Shown here piece by piece: positions 12,089-26,408 of a stretch of 64,000 nucleotides of DNA. The stretch covers positions 4,836,001 through 4,900,000 of the forward strand of contig NW_026262668.1 of assembly GCF_021869535.1 (NCBI RefSeq), read 5' to 3'. The position numbers and the translations under genes are program-made. The stretch comes from Mytilus californianus (lineage: Eukaryota). How positions within the stretch are numbered: the stretch's first letter is position 1; each line of letters starts with the position of its first letter. The notes under the pieces were generated by a model. That model saw only the letters and a program-made list of their open reading frames with translations. It did no database searches and had not been told where the DNA came from.

Positions 12089-15000
12089 GTACTATCATAC
12101 AGTAGTGATAACTCTAATTTACTTGTGAAAATAAAGGCGTTACATTTGCCTTTACCAAATTAGGAATATGACAGTTGTTTTCCATTCGTTTGATGTGTTT
12201 GAGCTTTCGATTTTGCCATTTGATAAAGGACTTTTCGTTTTGAATTTTTCTTGGAGTTCGGTATTTTTGCTATTGTACTTTTTGGTAACACGGCAAATTT
12301 TGGCAAATTTTGGCAAATTTCGGTAAGTTCCACTTAAAAGAAATGCATACTCTTCTTGACAATTATTTCCTATTGAGCGTTATAGGTCATTCAAAATGTG
12401 TTGATCTCAGGAATATACGAAGGACAGAACACAGAAGAATCATTTTTTTATGAAGAAAAACATCCACTTTGTGAATTGAATGGACAATAGAATCATGTGC
12501 ATAACAGTGTAGCCGAGACCATTGATTGGCGCGCAAAAATATCCCATTGACTGGGTCAGATTAGGTGAACGTTCGTCTGTAACGCCCAAAACTCACGACG
12601 TATTTATTATAGACATTTAAACTGTGAGGTCACCAAAGGGTCTCAACGCCTAAATAAAATAATTCGAAAAACTAATCAGGAATAACCTTTGTGTTTTGAT
12701 TTATATTGAATACTTACACTGAACTGCGGTCAAGCTTAGCGAAAGGTCGTGCAACATAATCAGTCAAACAAACTTTATTAGATTAACTCGTTAAGGAACG
12801 ATCGTTTTCATTGGTCAATTCAAACCTTCGACCTCACACCTGCGAAAATAGAACACGCGTACTATAAAGCTGAATGGACTGATCAGTATTCACGTAGCCG
12901 GTCAAGGTCGTTAAAAACTTCCATCGTCGTATTCCCGAACATGATTGTGTTCTTAATTATCGCATGGCAATTCTAGCTTTTATACATGTGCATGTAAAAT
13001 TTTAAACTTTAATCTTAACAGTCACGTCGAAATATTTAATTCAACTGTCTCCTCTCAATTGGTCCTGGATTAAGGGAGCTACCATTTTATTTTGATTGGG
13101 GGGTGAAGGACTTGGATGAAACATTTTGTCCTGCATTTTTTTTAGTTGTTATCTCTGTCCTGTCTTTCTATTTTTCAGTCTGTTAGGTCCTGACTATATT
13201 TATTCGTTTATCCTGATTTTTTACATAAATCGTCATCCTGCCATTTTTTTTGTCAAGTTGCTCACCCTGCCTTATCTTTTATTCAATGGACTTGATGAAT
13301 TAACGTTGTACTTGAAATGAAACCGTACTTAACTACAAAAATAACCAAATTACATACTAAAGATATTGCTCGATTTTTATAGTAAATGGGTTTGTGTTAT
13401 AAACTGTCATGTTCATTATTCATATTCTTTTATAAGTTTTAGGATAGTGTGATTTTTTTTCTGATTTAGTTTACTTGATTTTGAAAAAAAAAATCCCGAA
13501 ATTCTAAGTAAATTCAGAACATGTAACCAGCCATGCTTTGTTTAGAGAAAAAATGGAGATGGCAAACCATGGCACAGTGGAAGGAAATGTACTTTATAAA
13601 CTCCAGCGATATACTTTCTTAATTTATAATTAACTGTTTTGCTATCCTCGGTTGAAAATTATATATTGTAAATATTTAAATAGTTGCATAGAAAACAATC
13701 AGTTTTAAACAGTGTGGTTATTCACTAAATGTATTGATAAAAGGTGACTCCATTTTTGTACATACTTTTACAGTAGTCATCCCTAATTTCTTAATATTTC
13801 GTTTATAAGTTTATCATACATGTATGATTTTGTATTTCATTTTAATACGCACGCATGCCACACGTTACTTTGGCGGATTGTTCAACAATGTTATGCAAAG
13901 CTCTATTCTTACGGTATGAAATTAAAGTATAAATTTTCAACCAATCAAAATCGAAAACAGTACATTTATATAGTTCCTTATAAACTACGACATTTCTCAC
14001 AAGTATTTATTTATTTTTTAGTTCCACACATGCAAAAATAAAATCTTCGCCGATGAAACATTTCAAACCTTTTTACACCAACATGCCTTCACTGAATTCA
14101 TTTGAATTTCGTGGTGACTATGATAGTACATTGCATAGTACATCTATATTCACGTGCACACATGGTACGATCTTTTGGGGACAATTTGCTCGTTTATGAC
14201 ACTTCATTTCTGAATGACCAAACGCTTAGCTTCTTTATTTTCGTTTTATAGCATGAAAACAATAAAAGAGGAATGTGCAACCCATCATAAATTTGAAATG
14301 GATCAGTATTATGAGATCCTTATTATAAGTAACTACGACATTGTCAGGATAATAACCTAGCGTCAATATGAAAGAAATTAAAGTGGTTCATACATTCATC
14401 CGTATAAAAGCGGCACATGTATTTTATTTTATCCTTATATTTTTCATAGTGCGGTACAAGTGCTGCATGCATAAAGAATATTACTTAACACAAATTATTA
14501 GTATAATATTTCGACCCCACTATTTGAAATTCACAAAATACTTATTTAATTATTTCGACCAAAAATCATTGTTTTTTACGTTCGTAGTAACGTAGTACAT
14601 TCCATTGTCGGTCACCTGTGTCAATTCACGTGCACACAACAATTGTTGTTGTATTTAAATCTTTCGGCCAATGAAGTGAGACGTTACAAGTTGTTTGTTT
14701 GTGATACGCCAGAATGTTATCAATGAATTATCAATCAATTTTTATGACATCGCACGTTCTTTCAACAAAAAAAAAGGATTTAACTGGCTTTAAAAGTTAC
14801 AATGCATGTGTTGATTATTATCTTTTTTTTCGGACGTCAAAGCGATTTAACAATTGCGGTTGCATGTCCAATTATGTCATCTTTTAACTTTTATCTGGTC
14901 AAAATTTTATTTTAGAACGAATGCATGATCAACTTTAAAAAGTGTGCGTACACAAAACATATAGACAAAATATACTTCTGTTTTGTCTTTTTCGTACTTG

Positions 15001-18000
15001 CAAGTTATTAGACAATAAAAAGGCTATTTGGATCAAGCCTTGTGGAATTTGCATTTACGTTTTTGAATAGGTAAAATGTATAGTTTGGTGAACTTTTCTG
15101 CTAACTACTATACTTGTGAAAAACCCTTGGCAACAGAAACATTTTCAGCTTTTTTTTTAATCGACCCAATTTACATAGTAATGGACGACTTCGTACATTT
15201 TATGATCGCAAATAAAATATGTATATAATATACTGTGCACTGTAGTTCGTATATATACCGAAACCCTTTGGCAACCCCACAGTTTAAATGTTTATAATAA
15301 ATACGTCGTGAGTTGTGGGCGTTACAGACGAACGTTCACCTAATCTGACCCAGTCAATGGGATATTTTAGCGCGCCAATCAATGGTCTCGCCTACACTGT
15401 TTTGCACATGATTCTATTTGAATCGGGGATATTTTAAAAATATATTTGCGCAATATAAAATTTAATGCTGTCAGAATCCACTGTCAACTTCATAGCCTTA
15501 TCGTCGCATAGTGGAAAAGATTCCTTAATAAACAAAATCCATACCAACGTTGTTTGTCAAACATTTCAATGTGGCAGCCATTTTTGGTCCTGAAACTCTT
15601 AAAATCTTTTGTCAATCCCAGTTTTACAGCTGTTGTTTTCAAATGAAAATGAAAATGAATTTCATTGTCAAAGTTATTTTGAAACAGAAAAAATATGCTG
15701 AATAGGTGCGTCCGATAAGTTTTTCATGATTCATCTTTACCAGGTACTCCTCCCAAAGGATAGCCAAGGATGTTTAACCACGCCACATTCTGTATGTGCC
15801 TGTCCCAGGTCAGGAGCCTGTAATTCAGTGGTTGTCGTTTGTTGCTGTTTATCATATTTGTTAATCGTTTATTGTTTGTACATAAATAAAGGCCGTTAGT
15901 TGTCTCGTTTGAATTGTTTGTCATTTCGGGGCCTTTTATAGCTTGCTTTGCGGTATGGGTTTTGCTGATTTTTGAAGGCTGTACGGTGACCTATAGTTGT
16001 TTATTTTTGACTGTGAAGCTCTCTAACATTAGATCTATTTGATTGTACCTAATTCCAGTCGGTACTGAAACATTGATGTACTTTTTTGACAATTGTGCAA
16101 GATCAAATAATATCAACACTTGTCGATAGCACCAAAAAAGTCCGGAAGACACCAAAGAGACAAAAAATCATAAGTCGAAGAAACGATATTAATACCAAGG
16201 CAAAAAAAAAGAAAACCGACTAAAGACAAACAATAGTCCACAAAACATTACATATTAAACTAAAGACTGAGCAACCCCACCACAAATCGAGACAGACCCC
16301 GCTTCACATGTGGCATCCATTGTGTTGCTATTAGCAAGTACAAATTCTGTACAAAGTCTCATTTGGTGGTGTTACAATCGAGGAAAAGAGGAATGGATTG
16401 GGTCTACGATCATTGGAACGTACACATAGTCATCTGTGACACAGATATTCCACAGTCAACCAAATCATAATGGCGTCTGAAAAAATGTCGACGGGATGGC
16501 TTAAACTATACCATTTTACCACCATGCGCCACTATACAATAATATACGTAAATTTTCAGTTTATGAATTTTTGTAATTGTATTAAAATTAAGATTTCATT
16601 TTCTTTAGCAAAAATACAGTAGGAAGATTTTGATACTGGTTAAAAGTTATTAGAAGATGTGGTATGAGTGCCAATGAGACAACTCTCCATCCAAGTAAAA
16701 ATTTATAAAAGTAAACCAATATAGGTCAAAGTACGGTCTTCAACACGGAGCCTTGGCTCACACCGAACAGCAAGCTATAAAGGACCCCAAAAATTACTAG
16801 TGTAAAACCATTCAAACGGGAAAACCAACGGTCTAATCTATATAAAAAAGGAGAAACGAGAAACACTTATGAACCACATCAACAAACGGCAACTACTGAA
16901 CATCAGATTCCTGACTTAGGACAGGTGCAAACAATTGCAGCGGGTTTAAAAGTTTTAATGGTACCAAACCTTCACCCTTATCTAAAACAATAGTGTAACA
17001 TCACAACATAGAAAGACACACTATAAAATATCAATTGAAGTGGCTTAACTCAATAAACATGTTAAAGAAAATATATGGATGGCATATTGGTTAAATGCTG
17101 TCTGTCTTATTTGTTTTTGTTTGTTGTTTCAACTAAAACTCTGGCCGTTGGTCTTCTCTTTTAAATTGTTTAACATTCTGTCATACAGATGCCTCTTATA
17201 GCTTAATTAACGGTATGGGTTTGGCTCATTATTGAAGGCCGTACCGTGTCTTATAGTTTTTTCATCATCCTCGTCCTTCGGTTAAGGAGCAGTTTAATGA
17301 CAAATATGTAGGAATTACTGAAATACTGACTATTTCTTGGATCACTTAATTCTTAATTAAATTAAATATATTAGAATATATTTTCAAATGCCTCTTTTTA
17401 TAATCAACTACTAATAATTAATGTTTTAAACCGTATATAATTTTTCATTTTGGCAATAAACTGTTGATTAATATACACACGAATTACTCGTAGTATAAAT
17501 AAATTAATTTGTTAATATTTGACTTGAATGCCTCGTTAAAATAATACACTTTTTCGAACTCCATATATTTTCTTATTTTTTTTTTACTGCAACAAGTGAA
17601 ATAACCTTCTGGACGATACACAGAGTAACACACGAAATACCCAAACGTACCAGATTTTATACAAATTTTCCTGTCGGTGTAGGAAATAACCCGAATAACC
17701 TTACATCCTTGTCATGTGTTTACTGTGTCCTGGAAGTATTAGTCATGATGATTGGATGGGAAGCAGACAATTGCGAAATGGTACATCATATATTGTGCGA
17801 TGATTCAGAAATGTGGAATGCAGGTAATTAGAATAAGTTTATAATCCTGCCTTATAAAAGAATAGAGTATATAGTGATCATTATGTCTGTTTGTCTGTTT
17901 GCTTGTTTGTCATAGTAGTGTTTTGTTTTTGCATAATTTTAGATTTTGCGCATGACCCAAGTCCCAAAACAATGGCATGGAAAGTATCAAAATAAGATGA

Positions 18001-21000
18001 TTTCACTTTTGGCTGATCTGAACGTAATCCTTCAACGATTATAATTATGATAATGCTTTTCTTTGGGAAAATATCATAATAGTTTAATACGACTTACAAA
18101 TGTCAAGTGAACATTTTTTGTTTTTACTTGTTACAAACACATGAGATGCATATAAGGTATTTTTTTGCAATGTGTTTATTGAAACGAGTGTCCTATGCCT
18201 TGTCAATGTTTCTGTAGCTTTCTATGCATGGGCTGTTAATTGAATGTTCGTGGTTTGAATTAAAATCACCATCCAACAAAACCTATATACCTCTTGATTA
18301 AAATTTATTTCTTAATACATCTGTTTCGGATTACGCAATTAATCCTACAGTTTATCTATTTATTGCAATGTGTAATAAAACTAACGAGGTGAGAAATTTT
18401 TCAGAAAGGGTCATTTAGACGTTGATGAAGATAATTACAACGAAAAGAGCAACACTGTTGTTTCCAATAGTAATGAAAGACGTTTGATTAACTACTGTAG
18501 TGTCGTAAGCACGGAAATCGGAACGACACCTAATTTTTAAATGTGTGTCTATAATTAAACTACAAGTCTACAACATTATCATTGGCGTACACAATTATAA
18601 CCCTGATATATATGATGATTTATAACATACAAATAAACACAATGGATGTAACACATAACAAGTCATGCATGATTAGATGTGTGACACTTATTTCCCTTAT
18701 TTCCTATATTGAAGATTCTTATGAGATAACTCTCTATGAAGAAAAAGTGGTTTGGAGTGAAGCGAAGAAGTATTGTGAATATACAGACAGTGCACTGATT
18801 GTCATCGATCTAAGATTTAATTTCTATAATATTTTTGGAGCTTCGTGGTTGGCTTTGAACCTTACCGGGTAAAAATTACAGTGAATCACACATTAAATAG
18901 CTCCTCAAATATTCAAAAATTTATGCTTCCTTAGCTTTCAAATATGTTGGTTTGAGCTTCCCTTGTAGAGGTAAATACATTACAGCGTTTCGGACGCGCC
19001 TAGTTTATAAAGTGTTATTTCATTCTTTTAAAACTAAAAAAAAAACTTAGACAATGAAAAAGTAAACTGTTGGATTTGTCAAAACACTGTCATGTGTTAT
19101 GCTTTCCCTCAGAGTTTTAAAAAGTCACTAGTCAAGAACATAGAGTGATACAAAAAAAAAAAAAAACTATTACAATCCTATAGTTATATGTGTGCCTTGG
19201 TGACATTTGTTGACACACATGCGACGAAAGTTGCAGAATGTGAGACATAGGGTTTGCAATCCGGCGGCGGCGTAAATTATTTGAATAAAGCTTTATATTT
19301 CAGAAGCTAGAAGACCTGGATGCTTCATACCTTGTATGCAGAAACCTTATGTTACGACGTTTCCATCTGTCATATGTCCACTGTACTTGACCTCATCTTC
19401 TTAGTTCAGTGACTGCTTGAAAAAAATGAATAGTCTTTTCGTCGTGTAAAATACTCACTTATTATGAGTGATATGATAACTATATTTGGCATCCTTGCAA
19501 AGTAGACAGGGTTCACCTGACATCGACCTCATTTCATTCAGTGATCAAGGTTAAGTTTTCGTGGTCAAGTCTATATCTCAGATACTATAAGCAATAGGTT
19601 AACTATTTGGTATATGGAATGATTGTGAGGTGTACATGTCTGACTGGCAGGTTTCATCTGACCTTGACCTTTTTCAGGGTTCATTGGACAATGTTAATTT
19701 ATTTTGGTTTGTCTACTTCACAGATATTATAAGCAATAAGTTCACTATATTCAGTATATGGAATGATTGTAAAGTCTACATGTCTGTCTTGCAGTTTCAT
19801 ATGACCTAAGTTTGGCAGTTTATCAGATAGTATAAGCAACAGGTCAACTATATTAGGTGCATGGAATGATTGTAAGATGTACATATAAATAAGAAGATGT
19901 GGTATGGGTGCCAATGAGACAACTCTCCAACCAAGTCACAATGTATAAAAAGTTAACAATCATAGGTCAAAGTACGGCCTTCAACACGGAGCCTTAGCTC
20001 ACACCGAACAGCAAGCTATAAAGGGCCCCGAAATGACTAGTGTGAAACCATTCAAACAGGAAAACCAACGGTCTAATCTATATAAAAAACGACAAACGAG
20101 AAACAACTATGAACCACATCAACAAACGACAACCACTGAACAACAGGCTCCTAACTTAAGACAGGTGAATAAAAATGCAGCGGGTTTAAACATTTTTACA
20201 GGCGCCAACCTTCATCCTAACCTGAGACAATAGTGTAACATTTCAACATAAAAAGACACACTATAAAATATCAATTGAAATGACTTAACTCGATCAAAAA
20301 GACAATTAAATAAAACAAGTAAACAAACATAGAACGAATAAGTTTAATCTATGAAACACTATAAATACAATATTAAAACGTAGTTGCCTATATAACATAA
20401 ACGTTACAGGTAGTAATAAAAAAGATGTAGGAAGAGTGTCAATAAGACTTCTCTTACCTGGGACAAATGGCGTTGAATAAAACACCGTACACAGGTAAAT
20501 TAAAATATAATAATTTTGTTGTTAGGAGTACGGAAGTAAACATTTTTTACAAAATTAATAAATTTGTTGTTCAGAGTACGAGTACAGAAGTGAAAATTTA
20601 TCGTCATACTAAGTACTTATCAAAGGTGGTACATATCAAAAATAGTGAGACGAGATATAACACAAAATAAGTAAACATTGAATTACAGAAATGCATTACA
20701 AATTGTGTCAACAGGTCAAATTAACACGAAAGTACGATTTGAGAGTACTCGCAGTTACTGAAAGCTAGTTAAAAGCCAAAACAACTAACAATAAAAAAGC
20801 ATGCATCAGAGAGTAAAATCAATTAAAACACATCCCAGGGATTTAGTGTTTTAACGCCATGGACAGTCAAAGAAGACATCAAAATAAAAATATCATCCGG
20901 GGAAGTTGGAATTTCAGGTTATTCTCGTGAAACAACTTTGTTTAAAAGAAAAATTGCAAATATGTAGTACTTATATTATAGGAAATTTAAGAAACAATTA

Positions 21001-24000
21001 TCAAAAGAATAGTCGTCATGAACATGTATGGAATATTTGCCACTGGACGTGAAGCAACAATCAATCAATCATTCAATCAAGCAATCAAGCAATCAAGCAA
21101 TCAATCAAATGAATAGAGAGTCTCATCGAGCTTTATTGAAACAAAAAGAAAACGATGAGCGAAGTTTAACATGATCATTTAAAATCATATTTTCATTCAT
21201 GAAAATTATCGAAATAAGTATTATCAGCTCAAAATATAATAAATTATACCTTTCATATGAAATGATTTATTTTGCAGGGTCATCACATTTTGGAGTGAAG
21301 CAATTGATGCTCGTTACGGTGGTTCCAGTTTTATCAGTGATGGAACCCTCTGTGTGTATGGCAAAACACAATTATCTCGTGACATGGTTGCCACACTGCA
21401 GTCGTCAACAGAGTCATGTAAAAACCCTTTGCATGGATTTATGTGTGCCAAACAAACAGGTTGTTATTTTTTTTAAATGAAAATCTTTTAATTTAGCATT
21501 GTTTCAAATGGATATGGTTGCGTTTTGCGGAAAGGTGATCAAACTTGGAGAAAGATATAACTTTAAACATTGTGTTCACATGTGTTACCGGCGAATGAAT
21601 ATATTTGTATATCAATTTCAGTTTGAAGGGGTGGAGATCACAGTCGAATGAAACTCGTTTTTGATACTTTTCTGTTTAGGTAGCACTCCACAGTTAGAAA
21701 ATAAAATTAGAATTGAACTACAAAATGTTAAATCACCTTCTATTCCTGGCTTTCTAATACATTAAGCTAACTGTTTGTGTCATACATGTGCAAATGCATG
21801 TAATTAGTATCTTCCATAGATTTGATTTTCATAAGTTAAAATGGTGAAATATAAATCATTTTTTGTGTATCCATGGCAACATTCTGCATTTATTTACCAT
21901 AAAATATTATAAACAGGGTGATGAAGATGTCACATATTCCCCCAAAATTTGGTTCAAACTAGAATTTCAATCCCTCTGAGTAATACATTTTCTGAAACTA
22001 TCGACATTAATCTACCAAATGAGCAAATGAAAATTGGGTGCCGTTCGCCTAATTTTTTCGTAAAATTTAATCACAAAGTTCGTCCGACAAAAAGTTTGAA
22101 AATAATTTCCGGACCGATGTCTGGTATGGATATGAAAATACGGACTGTCATACAGAAAACAACCCATAATACATATATTACACAATCGAGATGTTCCTAT
22201 AAACCCACTATGAAGGCTATATTAATCTTCAGCTATCCAAAAATGAATTTTATTGCACACTAGCTTCATATTTGAAAAATCCACAGGGGCCAAAATGCGA
22301 AACTACACACCTAACTGTGGAGTGCTACCTTAGGCACCCCCTTTAAGTGCACTGAGATTATCTGTTTACCCCGTTTATCATTGTACTTTGAGTAAAACAT
22401 GAAATATGTGAAACTGTTTCAGCCCAGCATGTGAATTAAACATGAGTAAACTACTTTAAGATAATGATATACCTAAATGAGACCGCGAACCAAAAAAAAA
22501 AAAAAACAAAAAACAAAAAAAAAAAAAAACAATCACGACTTAGAGGGATCAATGCTCGGTTATTTGAATATGTATCGGGTATTCATTTCATATAGCATAT
22601 TTGATTGATTATAGAAATAAACTGCAAGTAGAATTGCAAAATGTGAAAAAAGAACAAAATCGAATGTTTAATTTGTAATTGTTATCTCGCAAAAAAAAAA
22701 GACCAAAGTTGGACAATCTAATTATTTTATCATTATACATATTGTATGTTTTCCAGAAAAAAATCCCTTTATTGAAATGAGAAATCAAATTATTTCAAAC
22801 CAACTTGTAACGAACAACAGCATACAAAGGAGTGTAGTCGAATGCCAGGAACAATGTATTGATTTAAAAATCTATGGGTTGAGCTGTGTTGGCTTTAACT
22901 TCAATCGGACATCAAAAGAGTGTGTATTACTAAAAACCTCTGAGCTAGATTATGCTTTTGCAATGGCAGAAGGAATTTCAGCTTACTTACCAATACCTGC
23001 AAAGGGTATGGAGTTAATATTACAGTTATGTCTTGAGAGTTGACTTTGCCAAAAGCCTATTGATCACTTGCCAATGTCCCTCGTCGGACAATTTGAACTT
23101 TAACCGAATAGCTAAGAGACAGTGTGATAGTTATTTTAACGTTCTTTGAATGTTTAATGCATTTGTTCTGAACGATTCAAAAACCATACTACCACGGCAA
23201 AAAATGCTCAACTGATATTCAAAATTTCAAAGATATTCTTCTTTGTAACGGTTCGATTAATTGAAAAATGTTCAAAGAATTGAGAATGTGTGTGTGTCCT
23301 ATAGGATAAACGAACGCTAAGGTTTGAAAATACGAACTGTTATTCAGGAGAAAGGATTGAAAAGATCATGACCGATACAAATAAAATTAAAAAGAACATA
23401 TATCACACAACATGAAAACACGGTCATTGAAAACGAAAAGCAAAATCAAAAACATCCCTTCTGAATAAACCTTGGTGAATTCAAGTTCTCTCGAAGGGTA
23501 AACAATTCCTGTTCAACAAGTGGCACTCGTCGTGCCCGCGAGAAGTAAAATGCGGTACAAGATCGACTTCGATGATCGATCATAACATCATATGGTCATC
23601 TGATTTAATAGAAAAGTCCCGCTAATTTGAGTTATTTTTAAAAGTCAACGCCGTTACTAGGTTGACAAGATATTAGAATAAATTCCTCCTCATACCAAAG
23701 AGTATAAAGAAGTAATGTTAACCACAAAGGTCATAGTTTACATGTGATAAAAGGTTAAATTATGAATAAAAGAAGAAGAAGATGTTTTATTTTTAATAAA
23801 ATGGGCTCACAAAAAGCATATTACAATATAAGAAATTATTTTATACAATAAAAAAACACTAATCATGTATACAAACGAAGAAAAAAAAGCAGTTTGAACA
23901 TGTATAAACCACACACCCACACATTTAAAATTTTATGCGTCCGAAGCATTTTTCTGGATTTAAATTCATCAAGAACTCCCAAAGCTAAATATTTGAAAGC

Positions 24001-26343
24001 CAAACATGTATAAAAACCGAAACAACTGAACAAGGACCTTAAATAATTGTCAAAACCATCTAAGGTCAACCTTACCTGAGGAAGTGGAAACCTTACCTGA
24101 GGAAGTGGAAACCTTACCTGAGGAAGTGGAAACCTTAGTTTCTTTATAATTTATAAACGGACAATTTAAGAAAGGCTTGTTATAAATCATGTCTGTACTG
24201 AAGTACTGAAGTACTGACTACTGAGATTATGATACCCTCGGGGACTGATAGTCCACCGACTAAAAGTCGTTTAAATCTCGATCTGACATAGCTTATTCAC
24301 ACACGGATATCGAGTCAAAGGTTTATTATGGGGTGGAACCTAGACGTTGGAACACAGAAACATTGCGCTGCATTCATATCAAAAACTTGTTTCAGCCCCG
24401 AGCATATCCTTTGAAGGTTATTAAAGAAACAAGCACTGAAATCAATCAATTGTTTCAATAAAATGATGAAAATAACAAAGATAGCCTACAATTAACTAAC
24501 CGAAATCTTAAGAATGACAACCCGTCTAAAATCCAAGAGTGAGTGTTTTTGAAGGATAAACAGTTCGAAATCCACTACTGACACTGAGGAAGAAACTTGA
24601 GCTTCAGAATGTAAAATATATGTAAATTAAGGATTGTAACAATAAAGTAAAATATTGAAGGAAGTAGATATATAAATACGATGAAGATTTTTTCATTTGC
24701 AGTGACAATTGGAGAGTACAAACCTATCATTGAATCTGATGTATCAACAGACCGTGACATTGGAAACCATGCTAATGACAAAATTGATCGACAAGGTATT
24801 TGTGAATGATGAATATGTTTTGTATTGTCCAGAGTAGGTGTATTTCGTATATTACTGTTTTGTCCCTTAACCTGTTTTGCTGTTTTTGAATTGTCTCGTT
24901 CGTATACACTCTATCAGATTTCTTTTTTTCTATTTCCTGTATGACATAGTTTTATATTTGCTATCTGATATTTTCTATTTTCTGAGTTAACATGAAGAAA
25001 TATCATAAGAGTGCACCTAAGACAGCATTATGCCAACGTTTACAAGTCGGTAATACACAGACTTAGCAATGTTGAAATCTAACAATGAATTTCACTCAGA
25101 TGTTAGGGATCGTCTTAAAAAAAGAGACAGGCAGAATTTGAATTTGCAATGATGCATTGGTTTTCGTTCCATGGTCACCTTGAGATGCAGAAGAGCTGTA
25201 AATGCGCTTTCCGTTACCCTTGTTGTTTTCTAAGAGTATGACCAAGAATTTAAAAACCTGAATACAAAGTATAAATCCTTTTTCAGGTTTTGCTGAAAAA
25301 CGATTGCAATGTATATATTTACACACGTTTACCGAGAAAAAACACTACCAAGTCCATTTGGTTATACTTAATTTAAAGTGGGAAAAATTATGCAAATACG
25401 GTGTACTGAAATATTCAATCTTTCAAAGTATATTTACAAACATTATTAAACTCTGTATATGTGAAAATGACAAAATAACAAATCACACTAATTACACTTC
25501 TGCACTATACTTTTCCAAGAAAGTCAATAGATGATGCCAATTCAGAATGTTACATTTCAAAGCCCAGTAAAAACAGCCAACACTATGGCCGTCAGGAAAA
25601 TTGAAAATAAAGACAAACAACAATAACAAAACAAAGAAACATAAAGATAAGCAACACAACCCCACCAAAAAACAACCGGGAGTTAAACTCATGTGCACCA
25701 AACAGAGTCAATGGTGGCACCCGTGATCACAATACGTCATGAGTTCCTTGTTAAGTTTTGATAATCAATTTATATTACAAATATAAGCTAAATGATTTTT
25801 CAAATTGATGAAATGTATAAGAGATACAAAACATTCACATCAATGGATTTATCCGCCTTCATACAGTCTTATAGTAGTTGGTTGCTCGCAACTGGTGATA
25901 AAAGTCCTGGATTTCAACTGCATATGGGTCAATTCAAAAACTTGTTTCTCCTGCTTTTTCGCCAAACACTTGAGATTTAAGAGTTGGCAATAAATTGTTG
26001 CCTCGGAGTCAGAAAGATTTGTCTTGGTAGAATAACATGCATATTTTGATACTGTTATATTGTGTACTAGTACGTTCAAAATAAGTGATTTTTTATCATT
26101 CTCATTAACGTGATATCGACCTGAATGTTTGGTAACATTTGCTGCAAGACATTAAGAAATCAATGTTATCAATCAGATATTCTTTGACGACAGGACTTCC
26201 TATAGTACCGAGCACATTTTATCCTGCTTTCCAAATGATGCGCCATTTTTTTTAATTTCCTAATAGATGTTAGCGGTCACCCATTTTATAGTTTCAATGT
26301 ACATGTTTTGTAAGGCATTTTAGTATTACGATATACGGTTTCG

Positions 26344-26408
<65 letters not shown>

